Positions 17,946 through 28,270 of a stretch of 64,000 nucleotides of DNA are shown piece by piece. A program made the translations under genes and the position numbers. The number at the start of each line of letters is the position of its first letter. The first letter of the stretch is position 1. Where the stretch lies: assembly GCA_040768745.1 (NCBI GenBank), contig JAXGMI010000001.1:1824001-1888000 (forward strand), given 5' to 3'. The notes beneath the pieces are model-generated. The model was not told the DNA's origin. It ran no database searches and saw only the letters and a list, made by a program, of their open reading frames with translations. The DNA is from Desulfomicrobium sp. Lineage in GTDB: Bacteria; Desulfobacterota; Desulfovibrionia; Desulfovibrionales; Desulfomicrobiaceae.

Positions 17946-20515
17946 CCACCTCGGAACTTCCCGTGCACGGCGGCAACGTCCGGGCCATGGCCCAGAACCT
18001 GGGCTGCGCGCCGGAGGAGATTCTGGACTTTTCGTCCAGTCTGAACCCCCTGGGTCCGCCGCAGTGGCTGCGGCCTGTGGTGGCCCGCGCCCTGGCCGGG
18101 ACAGCCCGGTACCCGGAGCCGAGGTCCGAGGGGTTGCGGCGCAGGGCCGCGGCGCGTCTGGGCCTTGCCCCAGAAAACGTGGTGGCCGGGAACGGGTCGT
18201 CAGAACTCCTCTACGCCCTGCCCCGGGTCTGCCGGGAAATGGGACTTGGCCGGGCCGTACTGCCCGGGCCCTGCTACGGAGACTATGCCCGGGCCTGCGC
18301 GGCGGCCGGGCTCAAGGTGGAAACCCTGACCCTGGGCCCCGAGGACAACTTCGCCCTGGACTGGGCCGCTCTTGCCGCCCGGCTGGAAAAGCCCGCCCTG
18401 GTCATGCTGGGTCAGCCGGGCAATCCGGCCGGGGTGCTGTTGGATCCGGAACGCGTCCTGGAGATGGCGGAAAGCCGTCGGTCCAGTTTTTTCCTGGTGG
18501 ACGAAGCCTTTGCCGATTTCGTGCCTGGCCTTTTCCGCCTGGCCACGGTCATGCGGCCCAACCTCTTCGTCCTTCATTCCCTGACCAAGTTCTACGCCGT
18601 GCCGGGCCTGCGCCTTGGCCTGGGATACGGCAGCGCGGGCATCTGCGCGGCCCTGTCCGCCCTGTTGCCGGACTGGAGCGTCAATGCCCTGGCCCAGGCC
18701 GTGGGGGAGAAGGCGCTGGAGGACGAAGAGTATGCCCGGAGGACCGTGGCCGCGGTGGCGGAGCTGCGCGACCGGTTGCATGACGATCTGGCCGGACTCG
18801 GGCTGACCGTGTTCCCTGGCCAGGCCAACTACCTGCTCTGCCAGTGCAGAAGCATGGACGCCTTTGCCCTGCAGGAGCGGCTGCTGTCCAGCCGCATCCT
18901 GATCCGTAACTGCGCCAACTACACGGGGCTCGACGCCCGTTATTTCAGGGTGGCCGTGCGTTCGGCCGGGGAGAACGAACGCCTGGTGGCCGCCCTGAGC
19001 GGAATTCTGGCCCCAGAGCGTCCCCGTCCTGCGGTGTCCCGGCGAACCCCGGCCATCATGGTGCAGGGACTGTCCTCCAACGCGGGCAAGTCGGTCCTGA
19101 CCGCGGCCCTGTGCCGCATTTTCCTGCAGGACGGCCTGACGGCGGCCCCGTTCAAGGCGCAGAACATGTCCCTCAATTCCTACGTCACCCGGGACGGGGG
19201 GGAAATGGGCCGGGCCCAGGTCCTGCAGGCCCAGGCCTGCCGCCTGGACCCCGACGTGCGCATGAATCCGGTGCTGCTGAAGCCCAATTCCGATACAGGA
19301 TCCCAGGTCATTGTCCTGGGCAAACCTGTAGGGAACATGGGCGTGGCCCGGTACATCCGTTTCAAGCCGGAAATTTTCCAGACCATCACCAGGGCCTACG
19401 ACGAGCTGGCCGCCACGGCCCAGGTCATGGTCCTGGAGGGTGCGGGCAGCCCGGCCGAGGTCAACCTGAAGTCCCACGACGTGGTCAACATGGCCATGGC
19501 CCGCCATGCGGGGGCCAAGGTCCTGCTGGCCGGGGACATCGATCGCGGCGGCGTGTTCGCCTCCTTTGTGGGCACCATGGAGGTCATGGAGGAATGGGAG
19601 CGGGCCCTGGTGGCAGGCTTCATCGTCAATCGCTTCCGGGGCAGGCAGGAGCTCCTGGGGGACGCCATGGACTACGTGCGCCGGTTCACGGGCGTACAGA
19701 CTCTGGGAGTGGTGCCCTTCATTGAAAATCTCGGGCTGCCGGAGGAGGATTCCGTCACCTTCAAGCAGTCACGTCCCAAAATCCGGGACGCGGCCGTGCG
19801 CATCGCGGCCGTGGACCTCCCCCATATTTCCAACTTCACGGACCTGGATGCCCTGGGCATGGAGCCCGACGTGAGCCTGATCATCGCCCGCCGCCCAGAG
19901 GACCTGAAGGGGGCCGATGCCGTCATCCTGCCCGGGTCGCGTAACGTGTTCGCGGATCTGAACCATTTGTGGGCCTCGGGTATGGCCCAGGCCCTCGTGT
20001 CCAGCGCGGCCGAGATGGTCGGAATCTGCGGGGGGATGCAGATGTTGGGGACTGCCATCACGGATCCGGCCCAAGTGGAGAGCGAGGGACGTGTGGGCCG
20101 ACCACTGGGCCTGCTGCCCCTGGCCACGGAAATGGCCGTGGACAAGGTCCTGTGTCAGGTCAGGGGGGTTTTTCTGCCGACCGGCCAGGAGGTGCGGGGG
20201 TATGAAATCCACCACGGCCAGACCCGGGTGCTGGTCGGACCGGTCGAGCCGGTCATGGCCCGCGCCGAAGGGACCGTCATGGGCTGGGGCCGGCCGGATG
20301 GCATGGTCTGGGGCACGTATCTGCACGGCGTGTTCGACGCCGATGAGTTCCGTCGGTTTTTCCTGGACCGCCTGCGGCGACGCAAGGGGATGCAGCCGCT
20401 GGGGGCCGTGCAGGTGGCCTACGATCTGGAAGAGGCCTTGGACCGCCTGGCCGCGGTGGTTCGGCAGGGCCTGGACATGGAACGCATATACGGGCTCCTG
20501 GCCAACCAGGGCTGA
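17942..20515 (+). CDS. cobQ: Fused L-threonine-O-3-phosphate decarboxylase (CobD) / cobyric acid synthase (CobQ)
   Basis: N-terminal [32 protein letters not shown] (PLP enzyme); C-terminal [35 protein letters not shown]. Confidence 0.93.
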   Translation: MTTSELPVHGGNVRAMAQNLGCAPEEILDFSSSLNPLGPPQWLRPVVARALAGTARYPEPRSEGLRRRAAARLGLAPENVVAGNGSSELLYALPRVCREMGLGRAVLPGPCYGDYARACAAAGLKVETLTLGPEDNFALDWAALAARLEKPALVMLGQPGNPAGVLLDPERVLEMAESRRSSFFLVDEAFADFVPGLFRLATVMRPNLFVLHSLTKFYAVPGLRLGLGYGSAGICAALSALLPDWSVNALAQAVGEKALEDEEYARRTVAAVAELRDRLHDDLAGLGLTVFPGQANYLLCQCRSMDAFALQERLLSSRILIRNCANYTGLDARYFRVAVRSAGENERLVAALSGILAPERPRPAVSRRTPAIMVQGLSSNAGKSVLTAALCRIFLQDGLTAAPFKAQNMSLNSYVTRDGGEMGRAQVLQAQACRLDPDVRMNPVLLKPNSDTGSQVIVLGKPVGNMGVARYIRFKPEIFQTITRAYDELAATAQVMVLEGAGSPAEVNLKSHDVVNMAMARHAGAKVLLAGDIDRGGVFASFVGTMEVMEEWERALVAGFIVNRFRGRQELLGDAMDYVRRFTGVQTLGVVPFIENLGLPEEDSVTFKQSRPKIRDAAVRIAAVDLPHISNFTDLDALGMEPDVSLIIARRPEDLKGADAVILPGSRNVFADLNHLWASGMAQALVSSAAEMVGICGGMQMLGTAITDPAQVESEGRVGRPLGLLPLATEMAVDKVLCQVRGVFLPTGQEVRGYEIHHGQTRVLVGPVEPVMARAEGTVMGWGRPDGMVWGTYLHGVFDADEFRRFFLDRLRRRKGMQPLGAVQVAYDLEEALDRLAAVVRQGLDMERIYGLLANQG

Positions 20516-20532
20516 ACCTCTAGGGCGGGCGC

Positions 20533-21216
20533 CTAGCGTGGCGCGAGGTAGTCCAGTACATCCTCCATCAGGGTGTTGATGCGTTGAAAATCCTGGGCCG
20601 TGGCAGACTGGATTTCCTCCCTGCCCTGGACAAAGGGCGCCGGAATCAGTTCCCGGCCACAATGGGCGATCATGGCCTCTATGGATGCGGGCGTGGCCTC
20701 CAGGTGGAACTGCAGGCCCAGGACGTTGCGTCGGTATGCAAACGCCTGGTTGAAGCATGCGGCGCTGCGGGCCAGATGCTGCGCCCCTGGGGGAAGGTCG
20801 AAGGTCTCCCCGTGCCAGTGGAAGACCTTTATCCGTTCCGGAAAGCAGAACGCATCCGCTGCGGGCTGGCCCTCCACATCAAACCAGCCGATTTCCTTTT
20901 CCCTGCCTTGGCAGACCCTTGCCTCCAGGGCGCTGGCGATGAGCTGGGCGCCCAGACAGACACCCAGGACCGGAACCTGGCGCTCCATGGCCGCCCGCAG
21001 GAACCGCTTCTCTTCCGCCAGCCAGGGAAATTCCGCCTCGTCATGCACGCTCATGGGTCCGCCCATGGCGATGACGAGGTCAAATTCAGGATTGGCGGGC
21101 AGAGCCGGAGACGTAAAGAAGCGGGTGTGCGTGACTGTCGCCGCGCGTCTCTTCAGCCATCCTTCCATACTGCCGATGCCCTCGAAAGCGACATGCTGCA
21201 GAACGTGGACCTTCAT
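20533..21216 (-). CDS. Class I glutamine amidotransferase
   Basis: GGPMS, GVCLGAQL and QFHLE triad motifs. Confidence 0.9.
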   Translation of the reverse strand: MKVHVLQHVAFEGIGSMEGWLKRRAATVTHTRFFTSPALPANPEFDLVIAMGGPMSVHDEAEFPWLAEEKRFLRAAMERQVPVLGVCLGAQLIASALEARVCQGREKEIGWFDVEGQPAADAFCFPERIKVFHWHGETFDLPPGAQHLARSAACFNQAFAYRRNVLGLQFHLEATPASIEAMIAHCGRELIPAPFVQGREEIQSATAQDFQRINTLMEDVLDYLAPR

Positions 21217-21281
21217 TGCTGACCTCCCATGCGGTACACCCTTGCCATAGTTTTCATGTTCCTGCGCAGGCAGGAAAATCA

Positions 21282-21315
21282 CGAGGGGTTCCAGTCTTCA
21301 GACCGAAACCCCTCG
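21282..21315 (-). terminator. Probable terminator after nrfA
   Basis: CGAGGGGTT...AACCCCTCG stem followed by TGATTTT on the minus strand. Confidence 0.55.
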
Positions 21316-21338
21316 CGCGGAAGCTTTCGCAGGAACCG

Positions 21339-22901
21339 TCAGCTGGTGGCCGGGGCCGGGATCAGGCGTTTGTTGCCTTCCCAGATCTTCTCGGCCTTGG
21401 GCGTGACCTTCAGGTACTGGAACCACTGGTGGGTGGCCATGTGCGCCGGATCCATCTGCAATTCGCGGCTGTGCTTCATGATGGGCGGCACCAGTTCCTT
21501 GATGTCCTTGGACAGGGCCTCGGCCGTGGTGAAGGCTGCGGCCTGGATGGCGATGTCCACGGCCTTCTGGCTGTACTGCTGGGACTTGGCCAGGGTGTCC
21601 AGGGCCTTGGTCGGGTTGTGGAATCCGACGCTGTTCTCGGCCGAGATGAGATCCCAGAAGAACTGCCCTTTGCGGCACATTTCCCGGGCATTGATCATGA
21701 GCTGATCGTAATTGGCCGGCTTATCACCCTGGAATTCGTTGGCCATGCGGATGGCCTCGTGGGCCTTGACCGAGATGTCCTGGGCGGCCATGAGCTGCTC
21801 CCAGACCTTGTGCTGGGTGTAGACCACGCGCTGCTTGAGGTAGTCAGGGGTCTTGTCCGTATGGCACTGGCGGCAGGCCTTCATGTCCGGATCCTTCAGT
21901 GGAGACGTCCAATGGTGGTTGGACATCTTCTTTTTGCCGTCCAGACGGGTGTAGCTCATGTGGCAGTCGGCGCAGGATACGCCGGCCGCCCCGTGCACGC
22001 CGTTGTGCCAGGTCTCGTACTCGGGGTGCTGGGCCTTGAGCATGGGTGTCTTGGACACCGGATGGATCCAGTCCACGAAATTGCCCTCGAATCCCGTGCC
22101 GTTGTAGTCGCCGTGATTCTTGTAATAGGTGTACATCTGTTCGGGATCCTTGCCTTGGGCCCAGGGGAATACCGGTTTTTTGGCCGGTCCAAAGCTTTTG
22201 TCCTGAAAATAGTATTCCACATGACACTGGCCGCAGACCAGGGCGCGCTGCTCGTTGCGGGGCAGGGTTTTGAAGTCCTTGCCTTCGGCCTTCAGGTGAT
22301 CCTGCAGGGGCACGGAATAGAGGCGCAGCTCCATGTTGGACGGGTCGTGACAGTTGGCGCAGCCGATGGTGTTCTCGTCCATGTCGACCTGTTCACGGAA
22401 CTGGTTGAAATCCTTGGCCCAGAAGTCGTCTCCATGTTCCTTGGTCCATTCGAGCATTTTCGCGCCCTTGCAGTTCCAGCAGGTCGAGGGCAGGCCCGCC
22501 TTTTCGTCATAGCGGTTCAGACGGTCGATGTGCAGGATATCCTTCAGGGCATAGGTATGTCCGCGAGCGGCCCGGTATTCGTAGCTGAAGGGATATCCGA
22601 GCCAGAGGTTCTTCAGGTACGGCTGGGCGTGCTTGTACCCTTCGGGCAGGGGGTTGACGTTGTCGTGCTTGTTGTAGGCCACGGATCCGCCGTATTCGGT
22701 CATGATCTCGGATTCGTTGTTGCGCAGGAATGTCTCGTAATGGAGCGGAAACTCGGACTTGAAGGCCGAATTTTTGATTTCTTCCTGCTTGAGCTTTGTT
22801 TTGAATTCAGGTGTCTTGGGATCGGATGTGTCGATGCAGGCCGTCAAGGCCAGGGCGCAGCCCACGGCCAGCAGGGTGAAAAGGGTTTTGGTGCTACGCA
22901 T
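21339..22901 (-). CDS. nrfA: Cytochrome c nitrite reductase catalytic subunit
   Basis: CWNCK active-site heme plus four CxxCH; KAQHPEYE; lipobox-like LTAC. Confidence 0.96.
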   Translation of the reverse strand: MRSTKTLFTLLAVGCALALTACIDTSDPKTPEFKTKLKQEEIKNSAFKSEFPLHYETFLRNNESEIMTEYGGSVAYNKHDNVNPLPEGYKHAQPYLKNLWLGYPFSYEYRAARGHTYALKDILHIDRLNRYDEKAGLPSTCWNCKGAKMLEWTKEHGDDFWAKDFNQFREQVDMDENTIGCANCHDPSNMELRLYSVPLQDHLKAEGKDFKTLPRNEQRALVCGQCHVEYYFQDKSFGPAKKPVFPWAQGKDPEQMYTYYKNHGDYNGTGFEGNFVDWIHPVSKTPMLKAQHPEYETWHNGVHGAAGVSCADCHMSYTRLDGKKKMSNHHWTSPLKDPDMKACRQCHTDKTPDYLKQRVVYTQHKVWEQLMAAQDISVKAHEAIRMANEFQGDKPANYDQLMINAREMCRKGQFFWDLISAENSVGFHNPTKALDTLAKSQQYSQKAVDIAIQAAAFTTAEALSKDIKELVPPIMKHSRELQMDPAHMATHQWFQYLKVTPKAEKIWEGNKRLIPAPATS

Positions 22902-23370
22902 CGGCGGCGCTCCTTTTGGCTACGGGGATTTTGGGAGTGTGGGGCACGTGACGGTGGCAATCCGTGCAGAACTTCTTGCTCTGCATGACCACGGTGCTGG
23001 TGGTTGCTTCGTGGCAGCGTTGGCAATTGGCCTGGGTCACGTCCTTGGTGTGTTCGCCCGGATGAATCAGATCCGGGATCTTGCTGGTGACCGTGGCCAG
23101 AGCGTCACGGGTGCCCTCTTTGGCCTTGAAGGGGATCTTGGCCACGATGTTGTGCGGGGCATGGCACTCGTTGCAGGCCAGTTCGGCGTGCACAGACCGC
23201 TTGTGGGTCAGGGCCGCCTCGGCCATGGAATGGCAGTTGCCGCAGAACATGGCCTGGTCCGTGGTGTTCATGGCGATGGCAGCCCCCACCGTGAGCACAA
23301 CGCCGATGATGGCCGGAGGCAAGGCGTAACGCCAGCTGCGGCCCCCAGAGTCATCTTTCTTACGATTCAT
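22894..23370 (-). CDS. nrfH: Tetraheme NapC/NirT-family quinol dehydrogenase
   Basis: N-terminal TM helix; CGNCH, CNECH, CQRCH, CTDCH; adjacent to nrfA. Confidence 0.94.
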   Translation of the reverse strand: MNRKKDDSGGRSWRYALPPAIIGVVLTVGAAIAMNTTDQAMFCGNCHSMAEAALTHKRSVHAELACNECHAPHNIVAKIPFKAKEGTRDALATVTSKIPDLIHPGEHTKDVTQANCQRCHEATTSTVVMQSKKFCTDCHRHVPHTPKIPVAKRSAADA

Positions 23371-23620
23371 CCTTCCCTCCTGCGTAGATAATTCCGTGGC
23401 AACCGCGCATCGTCCCTCGGCCGAGTTCTGCCAGAACAGATCGCGTTGCGGGCGCCACCTTGTGCACGCCGATTCTGAACCGATGAGGCCGCTTCAAGCC
23501 CCGCCACAGAAAATCAGCCACGCTCGTGCGGGCGGATTTCCGTGTGCACGGGTTTCAATTGATTTGATCAACTAGCAGGTATTCAAGTCCAATGAAAGTC
23601 ACATTGTTTGCCAAGATAAC

Positions 23621-23665
23621 TTGACAGGTCTTTATATCGAAATAAAGTGAGTCATCAATCACTTT
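23621..23665 (+). promoter_or_regulatory. Sigma70 promoter with overlapping palindromic operator (likely TetR autoregulation)
   Basis: TTGACA-16 bp-TAAAGT; AAAGTGA-gtcatcaa-TCACTTT at 23644-23665. Confidence 0.7.
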
Positions 23666-23681
23666 TTTGTGAGGCCCTGGA

Positions 23682-24290
23682 ATGCCTAGCCTTCCCAAAT
23701 ACTGCACTGCCGATCAGAGGCGGGTCATGACAGTCGAGTCCGTTCTCGCCTTGGCTGCCACGCAGAATCCGTCTGGGATCACCACCGCAGCCATCGCCGC
23801 GCACATGGGGGTGTCCCAGGGGGCGGTTTTCCGCCATTTCCCGACAAAAGACGCCATCTGGCAGGCGGCCATGGAGTGGGTGGCCACGGAATTGTATTCC
23901 CGTGTTGCACGTGTGGCGGAAAGCGCCGCCAGCCCGCTTTCCTCCCTTGAGGCGATGTTCATGGCCCACGTCGCCTTCGCTGTTGATTACCCCGGAGTTC
24001 CCCGCATGTTGTTTGGAGAACTCCAGAAAACAGAATCAACCCCGGCAAAAATCGCCGTTGCCTCGTTGCTTGAGCGATATGGAAAACTCCTGACATCGAA
24101 GTTGGAGCAGGGGAAATCCTCCGGAGAGGTGGATCCGAATATTCCCACTCCTGCCGCGGCCTCCCTTTTTGTCGGGGCTGTTCAGGGGCTCATCATCAAG
24201 GCGTTGTTGTTTGATGATGCGGAATATCTTCGCCAGGGCGCCTCAAAGACGTTTGCCGTGTTTCGTCGCGCCATAAGGAGCATTCCGTGA
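23682..24290 (+). CDS. TetR/AcrR-family transcriptional regulator
   Basis: ITTAAIAAHMGVSQGAVFRHFPTK HTH. Confidence 0.92.
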   Translation: MPSLPKYCTADQRRVMTVESVLALAATQNPSGITTAAIAAHMGVSQGAVFRHFPTKDAIWQAAMEWVATELYSRVARVAESAASPLSSLEAMFMAHVAFAVDYPGVPRMLFGELQKTESTPAKIAVASLLERYGKLLTSKLEQGKSSGEVDPNIPTPAAASLFVGAVQGLIIKALLFDDAEYLRQGASKTFAVFRRAIRSIP

Positions 24291-24630
24291 TGGGCCTCAT
24301 GTCCCGCAGGAAATTTCTGATGCTGGCGGTCTTGAGCGTGCTGGCCGTGGCCTTTTTGTATGTTGCGCTCAGATCAGGCCCGTTGGCTTCCGTTCCGGTC
24401 ACCGTGTTTGTGGACCGAATTCCGGGGGTGCAGAAATGATCAGCCTGGCCGGTCGCGATATCCTGCATTCCTGGGGCAAGTTCGTGTTCACCGGCATGGG
24501 CCTTGGCCCCCTGATCGGTGTGGCCAAGGCCGCCAACGTGACTTACTTGACCATGTAGGTCCGCCACGCCGGAGGAGACGTGCGGGCCATGGTGGTCGGC
24601 GTGGTTCCCGGCGGTCCGGGCGATCCCGGG
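24290..24630 (+). pseudogene. Internally deleted efflux adaptor (24290-24439) and ABC permease (24436-~24630) remnants
   Basis: MGLMSRRKFL..FLYVALRSGPLASVPVTV|FVDRIPGVQK*; MISLAGRDILHSWGKFVFTG..LIGV|AKAANVTYLTM*VRHAGGDVRAMVVG. Confidence 0.65.
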
Positions 24631-24658
24631 CCGTTGTTTGAATAGAGAAGGAGAGAGC

Positions 24659-25249
24659 ATGAAAGACCAATGCGGACTGATGGACCTGACCGAGGACGAC
24701 GTCCTCGACGCCATGCGCTCCATGCAGGGCTTCGTGGACATAACGCCGGGGACGTTTCGGGAGATTTACGCGCTGGCCTATGATCTGGCCCTGAAGCGCG
24801 TGCGCTCCCAGGGCAAGGCCGAGGACATCATGACCGCGCCCGTGCACTGCCTGCGGAAGGGCATGAGCGCCTCGGAAGCCGCCGCGCTCATGGCCGGGCT
24901 CGGCATCAGCGGCGCGCCCGTGCTCGACGGGGAGGGCCGGATCTGCGGGGTGGTTTCGGAAAAGGATTATCTGCGCAAAATGGGCCTGCCCGGCACGGCG
25001 TCATTCATGACCGTGGTCTCCACCTGCCTGAGCACCCCGGGGTGCATGGTCGCGGACCTGCGAGGGCTGCTGGTGGGCGACATCATGAGCTCCCCGCCCG
25101 TGGTTGCTTCCCGCGAGACGCCGGTGGCCGAGCTTTCGGAGATGCTGGCCAGGCATTGCATCAACCGCCTGCCCATCTGCGACGACGAGGGCTGCCCGGT
25201 GGGCATCGTGACCAGGACAGATCTCGTTGGCTCCATGCGCGGGAGGTAG
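24659..25249 (+). CDS. CBS-domain protein
   Basis: Two CBS repeats (SGAPVLD..GVVSEKD; NRLPICD..GIVTRTD); RBS GAAGGAG. Confidence 0.88.
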   Translation: MKDQCGLMDLTEDDVLDAMRSMQGFVDITPGTFREIYALAYDLALKRVRSQGKAEDIMTAPVHCLRKGMSASEAAALMAGLGISGAPVLDGEGRICGVVSEKDYLRKMGLPGTASFMTVVSTCLSTPGCMVADLRGLLVGDIMSSPPVVASRETPVAELSEMLARHCINRLPICDDEGCPVGIVTRTDLVGSMRGR

Positions 25250-25252
25250 GCT

Positions 25253-25789
25253 GTGGACTATTTCAAGAAAATGCGCGGCACAACCCAGAGTCCGCCCCGG
25301 GTCCGGGTTGTCGAGATTGTCTGGTCCTGGATAGGTGCCTTTCTGGGCATTGCCCTGGTGGGCCTCATGGGGTCCGCCTTTGTCGACCGGCTGGGCCAGG
25401 GCCTCCTGATCGGTTCCTTCGGCGCCACGGCTGTCCTCGTCTACGGGGCTGTGCGCAGCCCCCTGGCCCAGCCGCGAAATGTGCTCGGAGGTCATGTTCT
25501 TTCCGCCTTGATCGGCGTATGCACGCAGCAGGTCCTGGGGCACGTGCCGTGGCTGGCCGCAGCGGTCGCGGTCTCCACTGCCATTGCGGCCATGCACGCG
25601 AGCAGGACACTGCATCCTCCGGGAGGAGCCACGGCCCTCATCGCCGTCATTGGCGGGGAGTCTGTGCACAGGCTGGGCTTTTTCTACGCCCTGGCTCCGG
25701 TGGGACTGGGAGCGTCCATGCTCCTCGCCGTCGCCGTACTGGTCAACAACCTGCCGAAAAGCAGGCGGTATCCGGAATTCTGGTTTTGA
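25253..25789 (+). CDS. HPP-family membrane protein
   Basis: SFGATAVLVYG..SPLAQPRN..LHPPGGATAL. Confidence 0.92.
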   Translation: MDYFKKMRGTTQSPPRVRVVEIVWSWIGAFLGIALVGLMGSAFVDRLGQGLLIGSFGATAVLVYGAVRSPLAQPRNVLGGHVLSALIGVCTQQVLGHVPWLAAAVAVSTAIAAMHASRTLHPPGGATALIAVIGGESVHRLGFFYALAPVGLGASMLLAVAVLVNNLPKSRRYPEFWF

Positions 25790-25879
25790 TCGCCATTGGT
25801 GAAACATCATTTGCACCCTGGTCAGCCGCGTCTGATCACTAACCGGCCACGGTCTGTCATGGCCACAAAAGGAGGCTCT

Positions 25880-27541
25880 ATGTTCTGTTTTCAGTGTCAG
25901 GAAACGGCCAAAAATACTGGCTGCACGGTCAAGGGCATGTGCGGCAAGCCGGAAGAGACCGCCAACCTGCAGGATTTGCTGATCTTCGTTCTGCGCGGCA
26001 TCGCCGTGTACGGCGAACGCCTGAAGGAACTGGGGAGTCCGGACCGCTCCAACGACGACTTCGTGCTGCAGGGCCTGTTCGCCACCATCACCAACGCCAA
26101 CTGGGACGACGCCCGCTTCACGGCCATGATCCAGGACGGCCTGGCCCGCCGGGACAGGCTCAGAAGCGCCTTTCTGGCCGCCTACAAGGCCAAGCACGGC
26201 AAGGACTTCAGCGAGCCCCTGCCTGACGCAGCGACCTGGAGCGGATCGTCGGCGACCTTCGCCGACAAGGCCAAGGCCGTCGGTATCCTGGCCACGGAGA
26301 ACGAGGACGTGCGCTCCCTGCGCGAGTTCCTCATCATCGGCCTGAAGGGCATCGCGGCCTACGCCGAGCACGCCGCGGTGCTGGGCTTCCGCAAGCCCGA
26401 GATCGACGACTTCATGCTGGAGGCCCTGGCTTCGACGACCAAGAATCTGTCCGTGGACGAGATGGTCGGCCTGGTCATGAAGGCCGGACAGGTCGCGGTG
26501 ACGACCATGGCCCTGCTGGACGAGGCCAACACGAAGACCTATGGCCATCCCGAGATGACCCAGGTCAACATCGGCGCGGGCACGAACCCCGGCATCCTCA
26601 TCAGCGGCCATGACCTCAAGGACATGGAAGAGCTCCTGAAGCAGACCGAGGGCACGGGCGTGGACGTCTACACCCACGGCGAGATGCTTCCGGCCAACTA
26701 CTATCCGGCCTTCAAGAAGTACAAACACTTCATCGGCAACTACGGCGGTTCCTGGTGGCACCAGAACCCCGAGTTCGAGGCGTTCAACGGCCCCATCCTG
26801 TTGACCACCAACTGTCTGGTGCCGCTCAAAAAAGAGAACACCTATCTGGACCGCCTCTACACCACGGGCGTGGTGGGCTACGAGGGCGCCAAGCACATCC
26901 CGGAACGTCCTGCGGGCGGGGCCAAGGACTTCTCGGCCATGATCGCCCAGGCCAAGAAATGCGCGCCGCCCACGGAACTGGAAAAGGGGACCATCGTCGG
27001 CGGCTTCGCCCACCATCAGGTCATGGCCCTGGCCGACAAGGTGGTGGAGGCAGTCAAGTCCGGCGCCATCAAGCGCTTCGTGGTCATGGCCGGCTGTGAC
27101 GGGCGGCAGAAGGCCAGGAGCTACTACACCGAGGTGGCCGAGGCCCTGCCCAAGGACACGGTCATCCTCACGGCCGGGTGCGCCAAGTACCGCTACAACA
27201 AGCTGAACCTCGGCGACATCGGCGGCATCCCGCGGGTGCTGGACGCCGGGCAGTGCAACGACTCCTACTCCCTGGCCGTCATCGCCCTGAAGCTCAAAGA
27301 GGTCTTCGGTCTCGACGACATCAACAAGCTGCCCGTGTCCTACGACATCGCCTGGTACGAGCAGAAGGCCGTGGCAGTGCTCCTGGCCCTCCTGTTTCTC
27401 GGCGTGAAGGGCATTCGCCTCGGCCCCACCCTGCCGGGTTTCCTGTCCCCGGCCGTGGCCAAGGTCGTGGTCGAGAAGTTCGACCTGAAGCCCATCGGCA
27501 CGGTGCAGGACGACATCGCGGCCATGATGGCCGGCAAGTAG
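25880..27541 (+). CDS. hcp: Hybrid cluster protein (hydroxylamine/NO reductase)
   Basis: [10 protein letters not shown]...[43 protein letters not shown]. Confidence 0.97.
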   Translation: MFCFQCQETAKNTGCTVKGMCGKPEETANLQDLLIFVLRGIAVYGERLKELGSPDRSNDDFVLQGLFATITNANWDDARFTAMIQDGLARRDRLRSAFLAAYKAKHGKDFSEPLPDAATWSGSSATFADKAKAVGILATENEDVRSLREFLIIGLKGIAAYAEHAAVLGFRKPEIDDFMLEALASTTKNLSVDEMVGLVMKAGQVAVTTMALLDEANTKTYGHPEMTQVNIGAGTNPGILISGHDLKDMEELLKQTEGTGVDVYTHGEMLPANYYPAFKKYKHFIGNYGGSWWHQNPEFEAFNGPILLTTNCLVPLKKENTYLDRLYTTGVVGYEGAKHIPERPAGGAKDFSAMIAQAKKCAPPTELEKGTIVGGFAHHQVMALADKVVEAVKSGAIKRFVVMAGCDGRQKARSYYTEVAEALPKDTVILTAGCAKYRYNKLNLGDIGGIPRVLDAGQCNDSYSLAVIALKLKEVFGLDDINKLPVSYDIAWYEQKAVAVLLALLFLGVKGIRLGPTLPGFLSPAVAKVVVEKFDLKPIGTVQDDIAAMMAGK

Positions 27542-27675
27542 ATAAAGGGGGGCTTCTTTCCTTCTGGCCTGCATGTCACATGTCCATGTCTGCCGGGCCG
27601 GTTCGTGAATGAGGATAATCGGGAAAGGAACGGAGGGCCGGAGACGACCGGTCCTCCGAAGTTTCCGGGAGTGGC

Positions 27676-28029
27676 ATGAGGATCATGACCAAAAGAGTGT
27701 ACGACCCGATCGGGGAAGATGGCGTACGTATATTGGTGGACAGGCTCTGGCCGAGAGGGCTGAGCAGGGAAGGGCTGCGGGGTCTGTGGTTGAAGGATGC
27801 GGCGCCCAGTTCCGACTTGCGTACATGGTTCAGACACGAACCTGACAAATGGCCCGAATTCAGGAGGCGGTATTTCTCCGAACTGGACGCCCGGCCGCTG
27901 GTTGTGCAGCGCATTGCGGCATTGGCCAAGGAGGGACCGGTCACTCTTCTGTATGCCAGTCGTGATCGGGAGCGGAACCAGGCCGTGGCGCTGCGTGACT
28001 ACCTTGAAGGGTTGTGCAATGGAACATGA
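27676..28029 (+). CDS. DUF488/YeaO-family protein
   Basis: KRVYD..DGVRILVDRLWPRG..APSSDLRTWF.H. Confidence 0.88.
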   Translation: MRIMTKRVYDPIGEDGVRILVDRLWPRGLSREGLRGLWLKDAAPSSDLRTWFRHEPDKWPEFRRRYFSELDARPLVVQRIAALAKEGPVTLLYASRDRERNQAVALRDYLEGLCNGT

Positions 28030-28270
28030 GCAATGGAGTGCCCGGCACGGTGCTGTACCCGTGAAAGAAGATCTGCCATGCGCGACACCTCGATCCTGCT
28101 CGATACGGAATTTTCGGAAAGTCTGAAGAGCCGGAAAAAAAAGGCATCAGCTCAGCATACACGTCCCTTTGTGTCCTGGAACAGGGAGACGCACGGGGAG
28201 AGGACCGGATTGAACGGGACGAACGTCACGTCTTGACAATGCCTGTGCCTCCGTGCTCCCCACAACGGTC

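Noticed and set aside
21216..22988. 590-aa plus-strand ORF antisense to nrfA (likewise 2083-3318, 12753-14105, 35414-36868, 60343-61707)
   Set aside because: Antisense shadows of well-supported genes in high-GC DNA.
23559..23571. FNR-like TTGAT-ttg-ATCAA upstream of nrfH
   Set aside because: Spacer is 3 nt rather than 4; no convincing HcpR/CRP-type or sigma54 site found by eye upstream of nrfH or hcp.
25001..27574. 857-aa minus-strand ORF antisense to hcp/HPP
   Set aside because: Shadow ORF from strong GC3 codon bias; no recognisable motifs; fully overlaps confident genes.
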